Notes under the pieces: generated by a model
Databases searched by the model: none
Told to the model about the DNA's origin: nothing
Seen by the model: only the letters and a program-made list of their open reading frames with translations
Source of the DNA: Camelus ferus
Taxonomy: Eukaryota
Assembly (NCBI RefSeq): GCF_009834535.1
Contig: NC_045697.1
Location: 110,920,001 to 110,984,000, forward strand
Direction of reading: 5' to 3'
DNA: 64,000 bases
Translations under genes and position numbers: made by a program
Shown: positions 57,700 to 64,000 of the stretch, in pieces
How positions within the stretch are numbered: the first letter of the stretch is position 1
Layout: every line of letters begins with the position of its first letter

Positions 57700-58830
57700 T
57701 GCTGGATCACCAACCACTAGATGTCTACTAGATGACGCCTGTCAACACACAAACTTGCTCCAATACCTATTATGCTTTCTAAAGTCCTCTCTTGATCTGA
57801 AATATCCCTTGTGCTATTATACCATTCTCTGCTTACCATTCAGAGCAATTTTAAAAAGTTGTCTGTACATGCTGTCTTCAGTGCCCCCTCTCCTCTTTAA
57901 TGAACTTCTGCCCAATTTTTACCCCCACGACAACACTAAAAATTCTCTTGCCAAATTAGTCATATTCCAGGTGGTTTATTTCAAACTCTCAGGAGCATCA
58001 GGCAGGACAGAACATTCATTCTTCTCTCAGCCCCTCACAAGCCTACCTCTCCTCCCACATTATTCATGCTTCATCCTCAGTCTATTTGCTGACTCTGCAA
58101 AATTCTGCTTCCTGTAGGGTTTCTGAAGTATTTCCTTGGACTTGCTTCCTTCTCCGCAGTGCATCCCAGTTCTTTATATCCAGTTCTGTGTATCTGAATG
58201 ATGGTTACATATTGAAGATTGCCAAATTCTTGTATTCAGCAAAAATCTCTTTTCTGAGTTCAAAACTCACATCCACACTGCCTAGTTGACATCTTTACTT
58301 GAGTCTCAGATATCTTCAACACAGCATGTCCAAAATCTTTTTGGTCCCCTCCCCCAACTTATAACACCAATGCCAGAATTACACGTCTGCAAAAAATGCA
58401 CCGACATTATCCTCTCTCAATTTCAATCTTCTTTTTTTTTTTCCCACTCTACTACCACTACTAAAATCCAAATCACCCTTTTCCCGAGATGCTGCACAAA
58501 CCTCTTAATGGATTTTCCCAGTTTTACTCTTTCTTACATCTAATTCAATCTCCAAGAGCAATGAATCTGAACTCCTTCAAATTCAGACCTTTTCATCCAG
58601 TGCTTTAAACCTTACAGGGATTTCTCTTTATACTACGAAATAAATCCAGTTTTGTTTAATACTACCTTCCAGTCCATGCTCAACTCTGTAACTTCATCTC
58701 ATGTCATTATCTTGCCCTCCATTACACTCCAGCCACACTGGACGTACTTCAATGTCAGGGACACATCAGGTTCCTTCCTGCTTCAGGAAATTTGCATAAG
58801 CTGCTCTCTATGTGTGAAGAAATACATTCT
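57700..58830 (+). mobile_element. Decayed L2
   Basis: L2-like segments (ctcacatccacactgcctagttgacatctttactt; cactccagccacactgg...cttcagga.atttgcata.gctgctctct). Confidence 0.6.
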
Positions 58831-58834
58831 TAAT

Positions 58835-59480
58835 TACTCATTCTTAACCTTTCTTACAATATCAAGTGTTGATTATGTGCTAGTCATGGTGTTGGATACA
58901 AGGGATCCTATTAAACAGTATAGATAAATCCTTGGTCTTCAAGGCCTACCATTTATGGTAAAGAAGACAAACAACAAAAAAGGAAATGAAATATAATATA
59001 TGTATAAACAAAGTAAATAAATAATATTATGGCAAGTAACATGGGGGAAGGAGTAAGCTGGGATTGATTGAGAAGGCCTGACTGAGAAGGTACTATTAAA
59101 TTGGAGGCCTGTATAATAAGTCAACTAAGTAAATGAGCCAAGAGCATTCAAAGCAAAGAGAAGAGCATGTGCAAAGGCCCTGAGCCCAGAAAGAGCGTCC
59201 TGTGTTGGAAAAACTGAAATATGGCCATGGAGACTCAAGCACTTTGAGTCAGAGCAGAAGGGCCTGCAGTTAAGTAGGAGGGCAGATAAAGGCCAGATCA
59301 GGCAGGAGTCCGGATTTTGTAAGTATATTGGAGAGCTTTTGGAGTTGTTCAAGCAACAGACTGACACGATCTGATGTACAAAAGTAACTTTAACGTAGTG
59401 CTTTTTAACACTTCTCTCTGTAAGACATAGCTGAAAATCCACAGTTGAGATCACCAATAATAACAGCATCTGCAAATAAT
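58835..59480 (-). mobile_element. L2 3' fragment
   Basis: tatgtgctagtcatggtgttggatac...ccttggtcttcaaggcctacc...agagcattcaaagcaaagagaagagcatgtgcaaaggccctgag. Confidence 0.7.
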
Positions 59481-60694
59481 GAATGTCCTCCAAAGGGGCA
59501 TTTTATCCTTTTATTATGAAGTTGTAGCAGAAGACAGCTTATTCTCAAAGAGCTGAGTTCCTAAACAGGAGATTATTTGAAACTACTAAAAATATATACA
59601 CAGAAGTATAAAGAGGTCAATCCCCAAAAGGAAGGTGGAATAGCTAAACCAAATAGTATCATGACGGGCAGAAGCCAATATACAATTGTGCTATTGCAGC
59701 CGCAATAAAAAAAAACTATAAATGTTCAATTCAAATAAAATACACAGCAGAAAGTCATAAATCAAAAATGGCTCCAATCTACTTTAGCGGCTGTATTTAT
59801 ATAGTGCATGCATTTTCTTTTTCATGACTTTGCCTTTACTATGGGTTTAATGATGAGGTCAGTAGTAAGTATTTTGCTTCACATTTTCTAAAGAGCACAT
59901 GTGGCTTAGGAAGACTATAGGAAACAATTTCCAAATAACCACAGATTAGAACTCAGATTCATGGTTTGCTTAATACTTCCTGGCGTGACTGATTGTAAAG
60001 GTTCAATTTTAAGGAGATAAGCAGTTTTCTTTTAAAGATAGCTTTCTCTATGATACACATTTAATCTCTTCTTGAGAAAAATCATATTGGGAACATCCAA
60101 AAGAAACAAAAAATGTAAAATACTACCAAGAAAGAAGAGTTTATGATCTTTTAAAATTTGGAATTTGCAAAGCTCTCTAAGAAGATTTCTAAAAGCATAA
60201 TTAAAACTTACATTATAGGGTATACAACTAATAAAGTAAGGTTTTCTTAAATCAAGGAGTTTCTAAGAAAATTAACATTTTGCTTCCTTGTATGGAAGCC
60301 TAAAATTTATCGTTTTGAAAATAAGTTTTTAAATTGTCAAATAAAAAAGAAGGAAAATCCATTTAAGCAATCATTCTATTTGCATGAGTTAGCAATCCTT
60401 TCTTATATGTTGAGTGTAGTAAATAAATGCGGAAGTTCATCTTGCAGTGCAATTCATTTTGGTTTAAAGTACCCAGACAAACACTGCAAATTTAGAGAAG
60501 AGTAATGGGAAATTGAATGTCCTATTCACCTTTGATAACTGAAAGATTCTTTCCTGCTCTTTTCAATCTTTAAATGAAATACTCTGTCAGAGAAAATACT
60601 TGTCTGACATGAAAATAAATGATACTCAAGAAGATAAACAACATAGTTTGGTGTTCTAAGAAAATCTACGTATGTGAACAATCTAGGACACACT

Positions 60695-60860
60695 GATAAT
60701 AATCACAGAAACAGCTCTCACTTACTAAGAAACTCCCTGTAGCATGTATGCACTTAACATATGTTATCTCAATTCTCACAATTATCCTGTGAGGCTGGAA
60801 ATAGTATTGGATCCATTCATACAACTGAAGAAGCAAAAGCTAAAAGAAGTAACCTATTCA
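60695..60860 (-). mobile_element. MIR SINE fragment
   Basis: tatgttatctcaattctcacaattatcctgtgagg...tccattcatacaactgaagaagc. Confidence 0.6.
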
Positions 60861-61339
60861 AATCATAACAACTTATAATTTAAAAAATTATATTTTTCTC
60901 TCAGTTCCTGTACCATACTGAAAGATATTCTGCTAGACTCTGAAAGGCAACAGAAAGACGGGATGGAATTTCTGCCTCAGCCTGATCATGGAGCTAGACA
61001 AACAAAGCAGTAACCATAAAGCAAAGTGAAAAGGTAAAGCATCCTGAATGCCATGGGAGCCCAGCATCAGTTTTTTAACTCAGCCACAGGTGGACAGAGA
61101 AGGAAGGTTTTCTGTTAGAGGTGATGCAAGGGTTCAAACTGAGTCTTGGAGAAGAATAAAGAGTTAGCCAGGAAGAGAAACGGGCAGGGCAGTGGGAAGT
61201 ACCTCGGAGATGAGGTCATTACAAAGTCACACAAATACGAAATGATAACTACAAGTGCCACTGGTGTTGGGAGCCTAGGCTTGTGTTGAAAAATGGCAAA
61301 ATATAAGTGGAAAGACACCAGCAGATGTCCCTGGTGAAG

Positions 61340-61516
61340 AAACTATGAATTATGTTACCTTGGGAAAGCTACTTAGTTATTCTCCATGATCCCATTTCCT
61401 CATCTGCAATATGGGTTAATAATTCCTATAGTTTTGCAAGGAATAAGTAGGTTAATAACCAAAACTTAAGAGAATGACCAGAACACAGTACATAGTCAAA
61501 TATTTGCTATTATTAG
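61340..61516 (+). mobile_element. MIR SINE fragment
   Basis: tatgttaccttgggaaagctactta...catttcctcatctgcaatatgggttaataat...aatatttgctattatta. Confidence 0.7.
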
Positions 61517-61944
61517 CTAACAGAAGAAAGGTAGCTGGGCCCAGAAGGTACAGCTAGAGAGCATCCTAGCTAAGACCCAAACTCAGATCAGAGGAATTCC
61601 AAAGCCATTGGTTCTAACGCTACATAAACTCAACACAATTCAAACGACAAATGTTGCTTTCCCTCATGTTTTCACTTAGGTGCTCTCAAATTTTTTTAAA
61701 AGCCAGAATTTTTTTAAAAAGTCAAGGAGACAAGGAAGGAGAGCAAAATAATGGGAAAGAGAGCCCAAAGCACCGACTACTGTCTCCATATCATTCAAAC
61801 TCTAAGCTCCATGAGGTCAGGAACTGTTTGTCTTATTCACCATTAAACCTTCAACCAATAAATACTTGTTGCTTAACTGGAAAAAAGTCATCACTATGTA
61901 GCACACTTGAAACTAACTATATGTCAATTAAAAATAGAAATTAA

Positions 61945-62260
61945 AAAAAAATTTCCCAAACTGAAGAACAGACTTTCCACATAAAAATGTTTTCACCTGG
62001 TGCCTAGCACAATGGAAGAATACTTACACTAAGGCAAATGCTTGAGAAATTTCATAACACTAGGTATGAAAAGAGTCAGAAAAAGGAGAAATATACAGTA
62101 AAACAGGAATCAAAATAACTTCTGAATTTTTACATAATATTAGATGCTAAAAAACAGTGAAGCAGTACTTTCAAAATAATAAAAGGAAGTTATATCCATT
62201 CTATTATTTTATATCCAGTCCCTGAAGGAAACAAATAATAAAAAGTGTAACTTTAAAATT
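61945..62260 (+). mobile_element. Ancient L1/HAL1 ORF1-like fragment
   Basis: aatttcccaaactgaag...gtgcctagcacaatg...gaaatttcataacactagg...aggaatcaaaataacttctga...gatgctaaaaaacagtg...ttttatatccagtc follows the ORF1 C-terminal pattern. Confidence 0.5.
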
Positions 62261-62356
62261 CCTAAAATAAACATATTTGAAATTATATATTAAGAAAGCA
62301 TATAGTGTGCCTGAAAGTATCAAATCATAACTACCAACATCAACAGATAATCTTGA

Positions 62357-64000
62357 GGATTTCTCATCAAGATGGCGGAGTGGTAGGACCACAAGCTCGA
62401 CTCTCCTCATGACTACAACAAAACCACAACTGAATGCTAAACAACCATTGAAAAAAAGACTGGAACCTAGCAAAAAAGATCTTCTGCAACTGGAAACATA
62501 AAGAGGGAACCAGAGCAGGATGGTAGGAGGAGCATGCTCATGATATAACTGGGTCCCATGCCCCGGGGTGGGCAACCCACAAGCTGAAGAATAGTTAAGT
62601 CACAGACACCCTCCCATAGGACAGAGAGCTCTAAGCCCCACGTCAGGCTCCCCAGCTTTGGTTCTGGCATTGGGAAGAGAAGGAGACCCCAGGACATCTG
62701 GTTTTGAAGGCCAGCGGGGCTTGGTGCCAGGAGCCCCACGGGACTGGGGAGAATGGAGACTCCCTTTGCTTGGGAAATGTACACGGAGACTCACGTGCAC
62801 CAGGTTCAAGGGCAGAGGCAGTGATTTCACAGGAAGTTGGGCCGGGCCTGCCTGCTGGATTTGGAGGGTCTCCTGGGGACCTAGAGGATGGCTGCAGCTC
62901 ACTAAGGGGACATAAAAGCTGGTGGCGGACATTCTGGGAGTGTTCCTCTACATGCGTTTTCCTGGAGGCTGACATCTTGCTTGGGTCATTAGCACCAAGA
63001 CCTAGCCCCACCCAACAGCCTGTAGGGAAGCCTCAGGCCAAACGACATACAGGGTGGGAACACAGCCCCACCCATCAGCAGACTTCCTGAGTCACAAAGG
63101 CCTCTAGTCACAGCTCTACCCACAAGAGGTCCAGGAACAAGCCTCACCCAGCAGTGGGCAGGCACCGGCTCCTCCTGCCAGGAAACCTGCACAAGCCTCT
63201 AGTCCAGTCTCATCCACCAGGGGCAGATACTAGAAAAAAGAAAACAACAACCCCAAAGCTTGTGGAAGGAATCCACAAACACAGGCCAGACTCTACCCTG
63301 GAACTGGCTGGACCCTGACCCTTGGGTGACAAGAGAGAAGTGTACTGCTGAGACATATAGAGTATCTCCCACAGAGGGCCACCTCTCCAAGGTCGAGAAA
63401 TGTAACTAACTGACTGAAAAATAAAAATAGAAAGATAGACAATATGAGGCAGCAAAGGAGTATCTCCCAGCCAAAGGCACAAGATAAAATCCTGAAGAAG
63501 AAATAAGTGACGAGGAGACAGGCAATTTATTTAAGAGTTTAAAGTAATGATGGCCAAGATGATTAGAGAACTCAAGAGGAGTATAGATGTACAGAGAGAA
63601 GATTTTAACAAAGAGTTGGAAAATATAAAGAACACCCGAACAGAGTTGGAGAATAAAATCACTGAAATGAATAACACACTAGAAGGAACCAAGAATAGAC
63701 TAAATGAGGCAGAAGAATGGATCAGTGAGCTAGAAGACAGATTAGTGGAAATCACTAATGCAGAACAGAAGAAAGAAAAAAGAACGAAAAGAAATGAGGA
63801 TAATTTAAGAGAACTCTGGGACAACATGAAGTGCACTAATATTCACATTATAGGGATCCCAGAAAGAGAAGAGAGAGAGAAAGTACCTAAGAATATTCTT
63901 GGAGAGAGAATTACTGAAAACTTCCCCAACTTGGGAAAGGAATCAGTCACCCAAGTCCTGGAAGCACAGAGAGTACCGCACAGGATCAACCCAAAGAGGA
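62357..64000 (+). mobile_element. L1 5' end: GC-rich 5'UTR and ORF1, running off the window
   Basis: YY1-like CAAGATGGCGG at 62368-62378. ORF1 ATG at 63444 is frameshifted early, then open 63535-64000: coiled coil (EMNNTLEG...RLNEAEEWISELEDRL) and RRM start (LWDNMKCTNIHIIGIPE...ENFPNLGK). Confidence 0.94.

Noticed and set aside
57656..58117. 153-aa ORF as a gene (also 20460-20858 and 59125-59493)
   Set aside because: Lies in decayed L2 sequence; no domain or supporting splice structure.
57700..59480. Inverted L2 pair forming dsRNA in the pre-mRNA
   Set aside because: Both copies are too diverged for extended pairing that I could see.
62204..63482. Cluster of overlapping 85-128 aa ORFs on both strands
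   Set aside because: Falls in the GC-rich L1 5'UTR where stops are scarce; no recognisable protein.

Overview
AT-rich mammalian genomic DNA; the tRNA-derived SINE and L1 types point to a camelid, which is inference. The window holds eight consecutive coding exons of the tolloid-like 1 metalloprotease gene TLL1 on the minus strand, 33926 down to 773. They correspond to exons 2-9 by human numbering and total 989 coding nt, all GT-AG with consistent phases. They encode the prodomain, the furin site RVPR, the astacin domain with [11 protein letters not shown] and Met-turn SIMHY, and the start of CUB1. Everything above 33926 is part of a >30 kb upstream intron. The introns contain L1, L2, MIR, MaLR/MLT1, DNA-transposon and SINE relics. 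The best non-obvious finding is a U6 snRNA-L1 chimeric retrocopy with a perfect 16-bp target-site duplication (26009-26334). Next is a 5'UTR-bearing L1 whose ORF2 endonuclease is fused in frame to the C-terminal Cys-rich region with the RT deleted. Several candidate alternative-splicing or truncation signals in TLL1 are also noted. I found no evidence of a wholly new biological system. Exon and TSD coordinates were counted by hand; old-repeat boundaries and subfamily names are approximate.
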